IMG/VR virus record: IMGVR_UViG_3300031519_000068
Span: 1 to 40,258 of that record
Length of the DNA stretch: 40,258 bases
Origin: a virus
Lineage: Duplodnaviria > Caudoviricetes
Direction: 5' to 3' (one strand)
Shown: positions 14,401-22,445 of the stretch, piece by piece
Position numbering within the stretch: the first letter of the stretch is position 1
How the letters are laid out: each line of letters begins with the position of its first letter
The notes under the pieces: generated by a model
Database searches by the model: none
Seen by the model: only the letters and a program-made list of their open reading frames with translations
What the model was told of the DNA's origin: nothing
Made by a program: the position numbers and the translations under genes

Positions 14401-17291
14401 ACACCATATGTCAAGAAGTTTTTAATCTGCTTGAAAAGAGGACTATTAAGATTAGCGTATTCTTTCTTTAGTTTAGCGGCAACGGCTTGAGCTCTTAACT
14501 GAACATCTGCAATGTTCTGAGTAGTACCATAAGCTATCATCAAACTTTTCTTAACGTTTTCTAGTACTTCATTATATATTTTATCACCTTCCTTAAACCC
14601 TAGCTTTCTTCTATACTCAGAATATTGTTGTTTATCAGCTTTTTCTTTTTTAGCTTGACCCTGAATGGATAAATCTTCTTCTTCAAAAGCTTCCATTTCA
14701 CTGGATTTTTCTGCTGCAACTTGAACTTTAACCTCACCTTCTTTAGTTGTCTTACCTATATCTTTAGCGCCTTTCATTTCGTCATCAACCTTGAACTCTC
14801 TGTTATAGACGTTACCAGCTTTATTTGATATTTGAGAATTCACCCAACCAAATAGACTATCATTAGATTCTGGCTTAAAACTCTTAACGTGACTAACTAA
14901 CTCAGAGTAAACTAAATCAACAAAATTACTAGGAACAACATCAGCTTTATATTTAGATCTTATTAACCCGTCAAGAAGCTTTTCGTCCTTCATACTCTTT
15001 ATAGCGAAGTCAGCACCTTGTTTCTTCCAGCTCTCATTAGTCCAACCCATTTCAGCCATACCATCTATAGAGTCTTTACTATCTTGCTCCATTGAAAATT
15101 TAGTGGAAGCAGTAGATTCTTTTTTGGAACCATCAACTAGTTTTCCTTTAGCGCCTTCAACAGCTACTTTTAGTATTGCTTTATTTATCTTACCACTCTT
15201 AATACTCTTGCTATAGTCTTTTACGAAGTTATAAACATCCTTACCAGTGTTGAAAGTAATTTCCTTCCCCAAATAATCCTGTGAAAAACCTCTAATAACA
15301 TCCCCAATTTTAGTAAAGAAGTTTTCCTCAAACTTCAAGCTACCATCAACTATTAACTCTGACATTATGGTTATAACCTCTTCACCAAACCCAGCGTCTC
15401 TCTTGAATTCGCCTTCCTTATTGTACTTCCCATAAGCAGCTAACCTCCTACCCAAAGCAGTGGCATCGCCACCTAATTTCTCAGCATGATCAATCAAAGC
15501 ATCTCCTAACCCACTCTGTATACTCTCATTATTACCAACAGTTTTGAATAAAACAGCATGCATAAACTCGTGGGCTGCTGTCCCCACCATCGGTTTATCT
15601 TTATTAAGTATTATCTTAAAACTACCATCACTCTTTTGTTGTATAAACCCATATTGTTCGGAAGCGCTCTTAGAATCTAAACCCTCTTCGTTCATACTCT
15701 CTATCTCAGCGGCTGTTAACTCAACGACACTACCTTTTTTCCCTGTTTCTTTAGAAAGTGCTTCGGCTTGTTTTACAATGTTAGCCGTGTTGATGATGGT
15801 TTTGATCTTGGTTTTACTAGCCTTAAACTTGTTGGTGAGACCCTCTACTGCCAAGCTGTGATCTTTTTCTGATATATTTCCATTAGCCAATTTCTTATTC
15901 AGCTCAGTAACCCTATAAGCAGCAACATCGGCTAAATCACCGAGGTTACCTATGTCGGATACGTTACCACTAGATAGTGATTCATATATTTTATTACCCT
16001 TCTTTATCTTATCGCTAATACTAGCTGTTAAGTCAATTATCTTGTCTTCAACAGCACTTTTTACATCTTCGTCTTTAGTTTCGCTGAATTTTCTCTTTAA
16101 GTCAACTAGGCTACTTAAATCAGCCTCAACATCAATATCGCTAACAGTCTTTCTAACATGTCCAATAGCTTTGGCTGAGTAACCGCCTCCCCTTAATCCT
16201 GCTCCACCAAAAAAACCTTGTAACCCACTTTCCACTCCTTCCTCACTAAACATTCCCTCTGCAACTGTTGTTGCTAGATTTATATCCCTACCCTCTCCCT
16301 TAGCTTTAGCTAGCTCTTTATTGTAAAACTCCAAACCATATTGAGTCATTTCAGTGAGGGCCTCGGTGCTACCAGTGGATACAACATCAAGCCCCACTCT
16401 AACAGCTTTATTAGTAGCATATCTCCTAGCTAAATCTTTACCGAGTTCTCTTGTTACACTTTTACCTCCAAGTGCTTTAGTAATTTTACCGAAACTAAAT
16501 AGCTCTAAACCAGCTTGAACAGCAGCTATTTTAATAGGAGTGCTAACGTCAGCTTCATTCGCTACTAGTAATTCATTTAAAGTTTTACCTTGTGATTCCG
16601 CTTTTATCTTATTTGCTTCTATAAAATTTTCAGCAGCAAAATCCATAAAGTAACCCGTTCCACGAGTACCAAGGTTGTAAACAACTGACCCACCAACATT
16701 AACAACTGCACCAGCAGCTACTGATAAATAGTCCAAAACACTATCTGCCTCTTTAAAGGTCATAGTTTGCTTTACTCCAGCCTTGTCGTTCCCAAAAGAT
16801 TCTATAACCTTCCCAAAAGTTTCTGAGTCAGAGGTACCAAAGTTCTGGAAGAACCCAGGAGATTCTTTTTTCCACTCCTTCATTTTCTCCCTACCAAAAG
16901 CCCCTTCCCAAATCAAAGTAGAGGCTATACTTAATCCCGAATAAGAACCTAAAGTGCCGTTTTCAAGAGCTTCCTCCACCGTGTCTTCATCTTGTGATAT
17001 ACCCCAAAATTCCAAAACATCACCTGACGTCTCTAGAGAATTCGATAAGTTGTTTTTTAAACTCTGCCAAGCCCCAATTTCAGGCTTACTACTCTTTGCT
17101 GTCGATTTTAATACCAAGGAACCATCCTCCGATTGTGATCCCATACCGTCTTGACTCATCGTCGGATCTACCGTCGAGTCTTGTGTTTTTCCCGCCTCTC
17201 TCTCTTTGTAAAGACGTACTACTTCTCTAATTTTTTCTTCTGGTTCCCCAGCATCCATCATTCCTTGAACTACACTTGTAATATCAGCCAT
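8382..17291 (-). CDS. Giant ejection / polyvalent protein (zincin, sigma-2-like, PD-(D/E)xK-like, HAD domains)
   Basis: 2969 aa; third gene of the post-tail ejection cluster; Gly/Ala hydrophobic N-terminal helices; HEFMH...EE; DFDDT/LTAR/K/FADD; repeated KFSKS linkers. Confidence 0.8.
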   Translation of the reverse strand: MADITSVVQGMMDAGEPEEKIREVVRLYKEREAGKTQDSTVDPTMSQDGMGSQSEDGSLVLKSTAKSSKPEIGAWQSLKNNLSNSLETSGDVLEFWGISQDEDTVEEALENGTLGSYSGLSIASTLIWEGAFGREKMKEWKKESPGFFQNFGTSDSETFGKVIESFGNDKAGVKQTMTFKEADSVLDYLSVAAGAVVNVGGSVVYNLGTRGTGYFMDFAAENFIEANKIKAESQGKTLNELLVANEADVSTPIKIAAVQAGLELFSFGKITKALGGKSVTRELGKDLARRYATNKAVRVGLDVVSTGSTEALTEMTQYGLEFYNKELAKAKGEGRDINLATTVAEGMFSEEGVESGLQGFFGGAGLRGGGYSAKAIGHVRKTVSDIDVEADLSSLVDLKRKFSETKDEDVKSAVEDKIIDLTASISDKIKKGNKIYESLSSGNVSDIGNLGDLADVAAYRVTELNKKLANGNISEKDHSLAVEGLTNKFKASKTKIKTIINTANIVKQAEALSKETGKKGSVVELTAAEIESMNEEGLDSKSASEQYGFIQQKSDGSFKIILNKDKPMVGTAAHEFMHAVLFKTVGNNESIQSGLGDALIDHAEKLGGDATALGRRLAAYGKYNKEGEFKRDAGFGEEVITIMSELIVDGSLKFEENFFTKIGDVIRGFSQDYLGKEITFNTGKDVYNFVKDYSKSIKSGKINKAILKVAVEGAKGKLVDGSKKESTASTKFSMEQDSKDSIDGMAEMGWTNESWKKQGADFAIKSMKDEKLLDGLIRSKYKADVVPSNFVDLVYSELVSHVKSFKPESNDSLFGWVNSQISNKAGNVYNREFKVDDEMKGAKDIGKTTKEGEVKVQVAAEKSSEMEAFEEEDLSIQGQAKKEKADKQQYSEYRRKLGFKEGDKIYNEVLENVKKSLMIAYGTTQNIADVQLRAQAVAAKLKKEYANLNSPLFKQIKNFLTYGVADTKVQYGTKDIYISQLKKLREDIVKNTSTADLVQMERNTPEADRVFTDFVKVLTSIDQVRDAVNKEQLPPDALNKITKDKKTGKGAFSPSLYNKVMPTETELVSWADQPGKNPITGLRQGLKGTRKDGLAMRMVNSLVTDAIMEARQSDQVQDRIAGMDIDPGSVAELGAAIGREVNVKFSKSNAIEDISAAMNGSGSVNVYSQIKFSKSHREAYEKQLTKRRPDLTEKQRKGAVQSVFDFVDDKAIPNHLKSKYEKMAMHYMANGFLILPEDGYKVIEAEKLAAKNKIDPFSVKDPNVLMQAYVEDSKSKRTDPDKVKTFSNKTQLTSGVTVYDVEDSKQGQLDVRKVADTHFGPKFNNWCLCARLRNDFNDGDVIRTVNYDGIQDVIMNTYLNEKYDFGSLEVIVENTAESKVRKLVDKLLVDKKNDLKHRVEEANKVFPGFTKGDGKVVIFIDRKNAEYNLNNAFALWKNYNKQGNGFKIAFQNGRLIAFRDGDNMSWWDKNDKPTTGVVVRGKKVDGFKEVVEVDKTKETLLYYEKVTGDKKNGTTIEKDLDGLLVSQVTRKNGKLDGEIIKVQKDNKRSNEYYRTQTENYRDGLREDFKEERTYIDKKASVGTQLGRSEEIRLSDITKYERSFTETNGFLDTETINIEGTVNQKYFKEFNDPGSVTGWEKTNLPYLTPTHERFYGMQGQKVKLKLRLDEKGIDMPRGTTDMASGGYKTVTIDGVVQEPRVKFSKSAENNVKFSLSEVEVDNAHHINQFVDQIESGDLNINDIVEKNGDVYKLKKDIKREKGRGRPDKKQVDLDFIAEHVWKINNDAIYGSIAENQFRQKVVEYSIVESRKTGKTPNQGLVYENKFREKAFKFLKNINSLVESFVGKGDVYFSLGNVIAGIEVKLNKARGVSQVINFEKVGNKLKLKFANPNETKSHRDNKKTYDNEIAEKIQDKFVEIEKLIGKVGDDFILTDNQVQVLKENKSKFLVKVNMDSEKYITWAYANGKYKGTPQGIIALGEQVYLMETGNLDVDLLHKNITDTYNKNNKDIINPLKLVKGSKGIDLIAYVQISEGNKLTFRTAPIIEDTNFETSSMALSDKNGKRFAKAIDTSLKFSKSTKASNTIAKAVSFSRSANNPAKGITVLDFDDTLATSKSLIRFTKPDGTKGTLNAEQYASTYENLSELGYKFDFSEFTKVVDGKTAPLFNKAMKLQGKFGPESMFVLTARPAESAGAIHAFLKANGLNIPLKNITGLASSTAEAKALWMAEKVGEGYNDFYFADDALQNVKAVKNMLNQLDVKSKVQQARVKFSKSMNEKFNDILENVTGIDSIKRFSIIKGRKRGESKGKFRFFVPPSHEDFVGLLYNFMGKGKEGDKHRDFLEQALVRPLNRANREFDTARQSVANDYKALNKQFPEVKKKLTKKTPDGDFTFEDAVRVYLWNKHGHKIPGLSETDQAKLSELVQSDPQLQAYAENLNIISKQETYVNPTEGWNSGDIRMDLDDATGRIGRKQFFSEFIENADVIFSEENLNKIEAGYGKEVRESLEDILYRVQTGRNRPTGQNAQVNKLMNFLNGSVGTVMFFNMRSALLQQMSIVNYINFADNNVFAAAKAFANQKQYWADWSFIFNSDMLKQRRGGIQTDVNGAELAASLRNSKDITRKLISKLLEIGFMPTQIGDNIAIATGGAAYYRNRINTYLKQGLSQKEAEAKAFTDFQDITQATQQSARPDMVSKQQASVIGKVILNFQNVTSQFNRLGKKAFQDIYNRRITKPNTTQMQSDISNASRITYYFAVQNLIFYTLQTALFAMMFDDDEEDNNNLFLKKKERLINGSIDSVLRGTGLIGGVVATLKNVAIAFARQRDVDYNPDESAVMLEALNLSPVLGIKGRKIVNAEKTLNYNKKVIKEMETFDIDNPQWSAVTNYTEALTNIPLNRLYNKTQNVRQALNNDHSAWERSLMFLGWSQYNLDLENKKMEKIKEDIKEKKKTNSKSNTRSNTRTRTRTRTRTRTR

Positions 17292-17306
17292 GTATTTATT
17301 TATTAA

Positions 17307-19187
17307 TTATGATTCAACTCCAGCAACAATGTCTGCTGCCGATCCACTATAACTACTTTTGCCCACCGACCAATTAGAGTGTAGCCATTTCCAAATTTCA
17401 GAAGCTCTATCTTCGTCATCCGTGAAGTTAGTGTCAACTATAAACGTTTTAGACTTACCACCAAGCTTAAGTGTGACAGAGTCAGAACCAAAACCTGACG
17501 CTTTTACTTCTAAACCTGTTATTTTCATGTTATCTAAGTATTCTTTAACTTTTAAATCATCTTTATCCACCGCTTTTGTAAAATCACTAGGTAGCCTTGC
17601 TATTTCACCAGCACCATCTCCAAATGGGTTTTGACTAGCAGTTTTACCCTTGCCATGATCAATCTTTTCGGCCTCTGCTTTTGTTGTTATGTTGTTAAAA
17701 CCAGGGTGATCAGTTATAAATATATCATCTCTCATGTCGTCAGCATTACCTATTATTTTAGTTAAATCTTCATCACCTTTTTTTATACCATAGTTTTCCA
17801 CCCAATTATTATCTCTAAAAGTGTATTCGTTACCCTGGTATTGGATTTTTGTACCATTATTTAAACTATCAATCCACCTTGTTACTTGAGCTCTAGTTTC
17901 TTCTTGTGCGTATCCGCCTTCATACGGTATAGGACCTAATCTTATTTTATCGGGTAAACCATAAGGATTTATATCTGTTTTAGTTCCATCTGTCCCGCTA
18001 CCAGCAACAGGTGGTTTTTGGCCATACCCAAACTTATGTGCCGCTTCAAACTTATCAATTGTATATTCTTTGAACAGTGCTTTACTAACTTTTGGATCTT
18101 TCATGCCTAATATATTAGCAGATAAAATACCGTAGTTTGTGTTGTTCTGAAGTTCAGCTTGACTTATACCCGCTTCACCATCTGTATCTATCATGTTGTC
18201 AGTGATACCACCTGTTAACACGTCGCCGCCTCCAGTGGTTTCAAGTAAAGTGTTGTAGAGCTCAAGCGACAAAGTACTTGGTTTTATTATGTCTTCAAGA
18301 AAAGAACTGTTTGAGTAACCAAACTTTTCACCAAAAGCTCTTTGTAAATCAGTATCAGTTTTTACTATATCATCTAACTGGTTCAAATGCATTTGCTTCA
18401 TCTCCGAATGGTAGGTACCATTCAAGCTTGTGTTACCTGCTTTTGCCGATGCATCGTTCACAGTATTAAGTTTTCCTTTCATAACTCCTTTGTCATCTAC
18501 ATTGGTAGTTATTGCTTTGTTAAACTGTCTGATAGTCATTGTTTGTGGTGGATCATAAGAAACTCCATTAGGATCTGACTCCGTGTCGTACATAGTGTAC
18601 ATTAGCTCCCCAGTTTTCTCATCTCTACCAAGCCTAGCTATGTTTTTGTTATTAGTAACTTTATCTTTTAAATTGCTTTTGATAATAGCGTTTACCATAT
18701 CAGCTTCTGCTTCGTTTCCTGTTAAAACCTTAAACGTACCCGCTGCAACAGCCTCTGAACCAACCCTAATGCTTTCTGTTGCGTTTTTAATATTGGCAAA
18801 AAGTTCTCTTTGCTCTAACTTTAGCGCTTGTTTTTTTTGTCTGGTTTCTCTTGATTGCAAAAAATTTATCCCTCGCAATTCTTTTTGGGCATCCTTGTTT
18901 GCGTATAACTCTTCTATTAAAACTTTCGCGCCCTCAGCATCTAAACCAGCTCCCTCAGCAGCCATTGCAGACAACTCATTAGCATTAGCCACCATCTCGC
19001 TACCAATAGCTGTTCCTAGCGCTGCTATTGAACCAAGCGTTTGCGATTGAGCTTGCATAGTTTTTTCGTAACTATCTGCCGCGCGCTCAAGAGTTCTACT
19101 GTAGTCTTTAGGTGCTGTGCTTACCGCTGCTTTATAAGCTGCATTTACTAAAGTTGCATCTGCTCCTGGGTTTAAATTTATTGCCAT
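17307..19187 (-). CDS. Internal virion / ejection protein (middle-sized)
   Basis: 626 aa, helical Ala/Gln-rich N-terminus, second of three increasingly large genes after the tail genes (podovirus ejectosome layout). Confidence 0.6.
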   Translation of the reverse strand: MAINLNPGADATLVNAAYKAAVSTAPKDYSRTLERAADSYEKTMQAQSQTLGSIAALGTAIGSEMVANANELSAMAAEGAGLDAEGAKVLIEELYANKDAQKELRGINFLQSRETRQKKQALKLEQRELFANIKNATESIRVGSEAVAAGTFKVLTGNEAEADMVNAIIKSNLKDKVTNNKNIARLGRDEKTGELMYTMYDTESDPNGVSYDPPQTMTIRQFNKAITTNVDDKGVMKGKLNTVNDASAKAGNTSLNGTYHSEMKQMHLNQLDDIVKTDTDLQRAFGEKFGYSNSSFLEDIIKPSTLSLELYNTLLETTGGGDVLTGGITDNMIDTDGEAGISQAELQNNTNYGILSANILGMKDPKVSKALFKEYTIDKFEAAHKFGYGQKPPVAGSGTDGTKTDINPYGLPDKIRLGPIPYEGGYAQEETRAQVTRWIDSLNNGTKIQYQGNEYTFRDNNWVENYGIKKGDEDLTKIIGNADDMRDDIFITDHPGFNNITTKAEAEKIDHGKGKTASQNPFGDGAGEIARLPSDFTKAVDKDDLKVKEYLDNMKITGLEVKASGFGSDSVTLKLGGKSKTFIVDTNFTDDEDRASEIWKWLHSNWSVGKSSYSGSAADIVAGVES

Positions 19188-19220
19188 ATTATTTGTTTAT
19201 ATTATCATTATACCCACCTG

Positions 19221-19943
19221 TTAATTATCACCAGTTAAAGTTTTCATAAACCCTAACCCCCCTGCAGCTGCCGGACCACCCATATAAGCACCAGCAACTT
19301 GAGCACCAGCACCTACTAATGTGCTAAACATGTTATTTTGAGCTTGCGCTCCATACATATCTGCTTTCATACCCATACCAGACATTTGATTCGCTAAAGA
19401 ACCTTGGTAGGCTTGGTTTGCACCAGTTAAAGCACCGTAATCCATACCTAGCAGCGTTGATTGCCTTCCAGCCTCAGCAGCTTGGACAGAGGCTTGACCT
19501 TCTCTTTCCATTTGATCTATTCTAGAACCTTCTTGCATAGCAAGCTTTTGATTTTGTTGTTCTTGCTGACCGATGCCAGCTGCTATTTGTTGTGTTTGCA
19601 TTTGACCTTGATTAGCAAGTGCTTGTGCTAACCCAGCAACACCGCTTGATCCAGCTGCGCCTCTTAAGCCTTGCATTATGTTAGCTCTTTGTTGCTGCCC
19701 TTGTTGTGTTTGAAACTCAGCAGCTCGCATATCAACCGTCATATCTTCAAAGCGGTTTTCCATGTTTTCAAACGGATTTGAAAATTCAAAATCCTCGTAC
19801 TGTTTTCTAGTTTTATCCGCCACGCCCTGCGCTTGTTCTCTATACGCTTTAGACTCGTCTACCTGACCTTGAATCATTTGATTCATTTGATTCATGGTTC
19901 TTGTTTGGTTTCTTTTTGATTTTTTTCCAGTAAAATCTCCCAT
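19221..19943 (-). CDS. Pilot / small ejection protein
   Basis: Gln/Met/Gly/Ala-rich with hydrophobic Gly-rich C-terminus, compositionally like T7 gp14 / P22 gp7. Confidence 0.65.
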   Translation of the reverse strand: MGDFTGKKSKRNQTRTMNQMNQMIQGQVDESKAYREQAQGVADKTRKQYEDFEFSNPFENMENRFEDMTVDMRAAEFQTQQGQQQRANIMQGLRGAAGSSGVAGLAQALANQGQMQTQQIAAGIGQQEQQNQKLAMQEGSRIDQMEREGQASVQAAEAGRQSTLLGMDYGALTGANQAYQGSLANQMSGMGMKADMYGAQAQNNMFSTLVGAGAQVAGAYMGGPAAAGGLGFMKTLTGDN

Positions 19944-19949
19944 TGTGTT

Positions 19950-20390
19950 TTATTTTTTTGTAAAGTTGTTTGTTAGATATTTAAAGCCTTCGTTCTGCAC
20001 GGGAACTAACATCCAGTCTAAACTTTCATGTATGCTTGTCATTTGTTTGTTGCCGCAAATAGTAAACAACTGCATTATACCAATTTTTTCTGCTTCTTTT
20101 TCTACGTTTGTTACTAGAGTTTTTATTATTTCTCTTCTATCTTTTTCTTTGTAATCAGGGTTAGACACCAAATAAGTTGTCCAACCCACTACGTGTGGTT
20201 CCATTATAAATAAAAAGTAACAAGCTACTGGCACTCCATTTTTTTCTACAACAAAACACCTTTCATCTTTTGGTAAAAAAGCTCTACCTACAGGGTCTCT
20301 ACCTCCGCGCTTCCACCACCATTCCCACCAACCACAACAAACCTCATAGTCTCCCTCTCTAAAACATCTAAAGTTAATATTATCTATCAT
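19950..20390 (-). CDS. GNAT-fold acetyltransferase-like protein
   Basis: FVVEKNGVPVACYFL, YLVSNPDYK..R, L....EKEAEKIG...LF; position before the ejection genes as is common in podoviruses. Confidence 0.7.
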   Translation of the reverse strand: MIDNINFRCFREGDYEVCCGWWEWWWKRGGRDPVGRAFLPKDERCFVVEKNGVPVACYFLFIMEPHVVGWTTYLVSNPDYKEKDRREIIKTLVTNVEKEAEKIGIMQLFTICGNKQMTSIHESLDWMLVPVQNEGFKYLTNNFTKK

Positions 20391-20438
20391 TTAATTTAAT
20401 TTATATCTATAATAGTCACAGTTATCACTGTTTTTTTA

Positions 20439-22433
20439 CTATGGAGCCGATGTAGAAAGTAGTTTGTTTATATCAAATCTTAACGTTTGATCCGCGTAAC
20501 CAGCTTTTACAATTTCTATATTACCAGTTATAGTTGCAACTCTACTTGTGTTTTCTACAGTTAACGTAATACCATTTTCTAAAGTTTGAACAGCATCCAT
20601 AGTCCAATCCCCAGTTCCGGTTGCCCCACCACCTGCTGTTATAAGTGGATTTTGTAATGCAGAGTTAATACCTATACCACCAACTCTAGACACGTTGTTA
20701 ATAACACCCTCTACACTGTTAACCTCTATATCTGCAGAGCTTCCACCAGCAGATGCCTCGGTAGTTGTTGTGGTTGGTGCGGTTAAAGCAATAGCTAAAT
20801 CTGTAAATTTAACCTCCCAACCATATATTCTTAGTATTTCAGTTTCCCCATAACCACCAACCTTTAAGGTATCTCCAGCTAAAGCTAGCACTTGTTGTTT
20901 GTTAAATACGATTTGCCCTTCTTGAACGGTAACCAAACCTTTTACTACGGTTGGTTTTTTAGCCAAAGTACTTAATGCTGGTCTTGTATTTTTAATTATT
21001 GTTTTTTCCTCTTTAGTTCCTTCAAATAAGATTAAAGTGTCTTCGTAAACACCTACAGACGTATCTGCTGTAACGTTTGTACCAGGCACAAGTACCATAC
21101 CCTCTTTAAGTACATCAGCATAATTATTTATAGGCCAACTATAATTCATTCTGTTACTAAAACTTAACGTAGCACCATCTCTAACTCCAAAAGTACCTCC
21201 ACCACCATCATCGGCAACGTAAGAAAATGCTTTAACATTGTCAGCGTCTGGATTTAAAGCAGCCACCGTAAATAATTGTCTATTACACTTAGGTTGAAAG
21301 GTTAACGTGCTACCGCCGTGAGCTGAACCAGCCGCTCCACCACCTAAAACAAAATCTATTTGAAATTCCTTAGCGTTGTCACCGTCTGGATCTAAAGCAA
21401 CTACCTGCACGAGTGTCGTGTCACCAACATTTCTTAAACCCAATACCCTATCGCCAACAGCCATTTTTGTAGCAACATTACTATCCATAACAATTTTTAC
21501 ACCACTAACAGTGCCGTTTACCGTGTCTGTTAAATCCGTTGTTTCTACAGTTATTTTATCGCCAAAAACAATATTATCAGCTACATTATTATCCATTACT
21601 ATTTTAGTTGCCGTTGTTGTCGCTCCATCAACCGTGTCTGTATCACTAACAGCTGGGTATATATTTTCTCCTGGTAAATCTATTGGAGCAGATCCAACAA
21701 CCGGTTCAATGAAAGCTAAAACATCATTTGCTACTGGTTGTTTTAAAATTCTATAAGCGGCATTTGTTGCGGCTGTGGTTGTAAAACTAAAAGCTGTTTT
21801 AACTTGAGGTTTACCTCTATTGATAGAAATAGTATCTGTGCCATAACCACCAGGAGTAGCAGGGACAGTACCACCAATCGAATAACCTTGTAGCGTTAGC
21901 GTTAAAGCCGCGTACTGATATATAACTTTTTGCATCATCAAAGAATTAGAACCCGTGGAGTTGTTAATGTCTAACGAACCATCACCAAATCTAACCTCAC
22001 TGTGAGCGGCGTGTATTGTACCTGGTTTTGCGTAAAGATACACATCATACTGATCATCACCACCTGTTACCGCTGGAAAGGTTATACTTCCATTGTACGA
22101 ATTACCGGCGATTTGCTCTTCTAACCTAGAAGGGCTAACTTGAAAAACATTTGTTACAAAATTGTAATAATATCCAGTGGTGTTATCTTTAATTTCTAAT
22201 ATAAATTCCGCTCCTCTATTTCCAAGTATATTAAAACGCCTACGTTCGCTTGTGGCTGGTAGATCTGATAAATCTAAGTCAAAACCCGTTATTGATATCT
22301 CATCGTTCAGTATCATTTCTGAATCAAGCATTAAAGTTCCATCTGGCATATAATGATATCCAGCAGGAGCTTTTTGCCCTTGGTCATTTACTGTTCTTAA
22401 ACTTGTGTTGCTATATAAATCGTGATACGACAT
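20439..22433 (-). CDS. Virion structural protein (tail-associated), with internal duplication
   Basis: 664 aa, Thr/Gly/Val-rich beta protein directly after the tail stabilisation gene. Confidence 0.6.
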   Translation of the reverse strand: MSYHDLYSNTSLRTVNDQGQKAPAGYHYMPDGTLMLDSEMILNDEISITGFDLDLSDLPATSERRRFNILGNRGAEFILEIKDNTTGYYYNFVTNVFQVSPSRLEEQIAGNSYNGSITFPAVTGGDDQYDVYLYAKPGTIHAAHSEVRFGDGSLDINNSTGSNSLMMQKVIYQYAALTLTLQGYSIGGTVPATPGGYGTDTISINRGKPQVKTAFSFTTTAATNAAYRILKQPVANDVLAFIEPVVGSAPIDLPGENIYPAVSDTDTVDGATTTATKIVMDNNVADNIVFGDKITVETTDLTDTVNGTVSGVKIVMDSNVATKMAVGDRVLGLRNVGDTTLVQVVALDPDGDNAKEFQIDFVLGGGAAGSAHGGSTLTFQPKCNRQLFTVAALNPDADNVKAFSYVADDGGGGTFGVRDGATLSFSNRMNYSWPINNYADVLKEGMVLVPGTNVTADTSVGVYEDTLILFEGTKEEKTIIKNTRPALSTLAKKPTVVKGLVTVQEGQIVFNKQQVLALAGDTLKVGGYGETEILRIYGWEVKFTDLAIALTAPTTTTTEASAGGSSADIEVNSVEGVINNVSRVGGIGINSALQNPLITAGGGATGTGDWTMDAVQTLENGITLTVENTSRVATITGNIEIVKAGYADQTLRFDINKLLSTSAP

Positions 22434-22445
22434 AGTTTATTTTTT

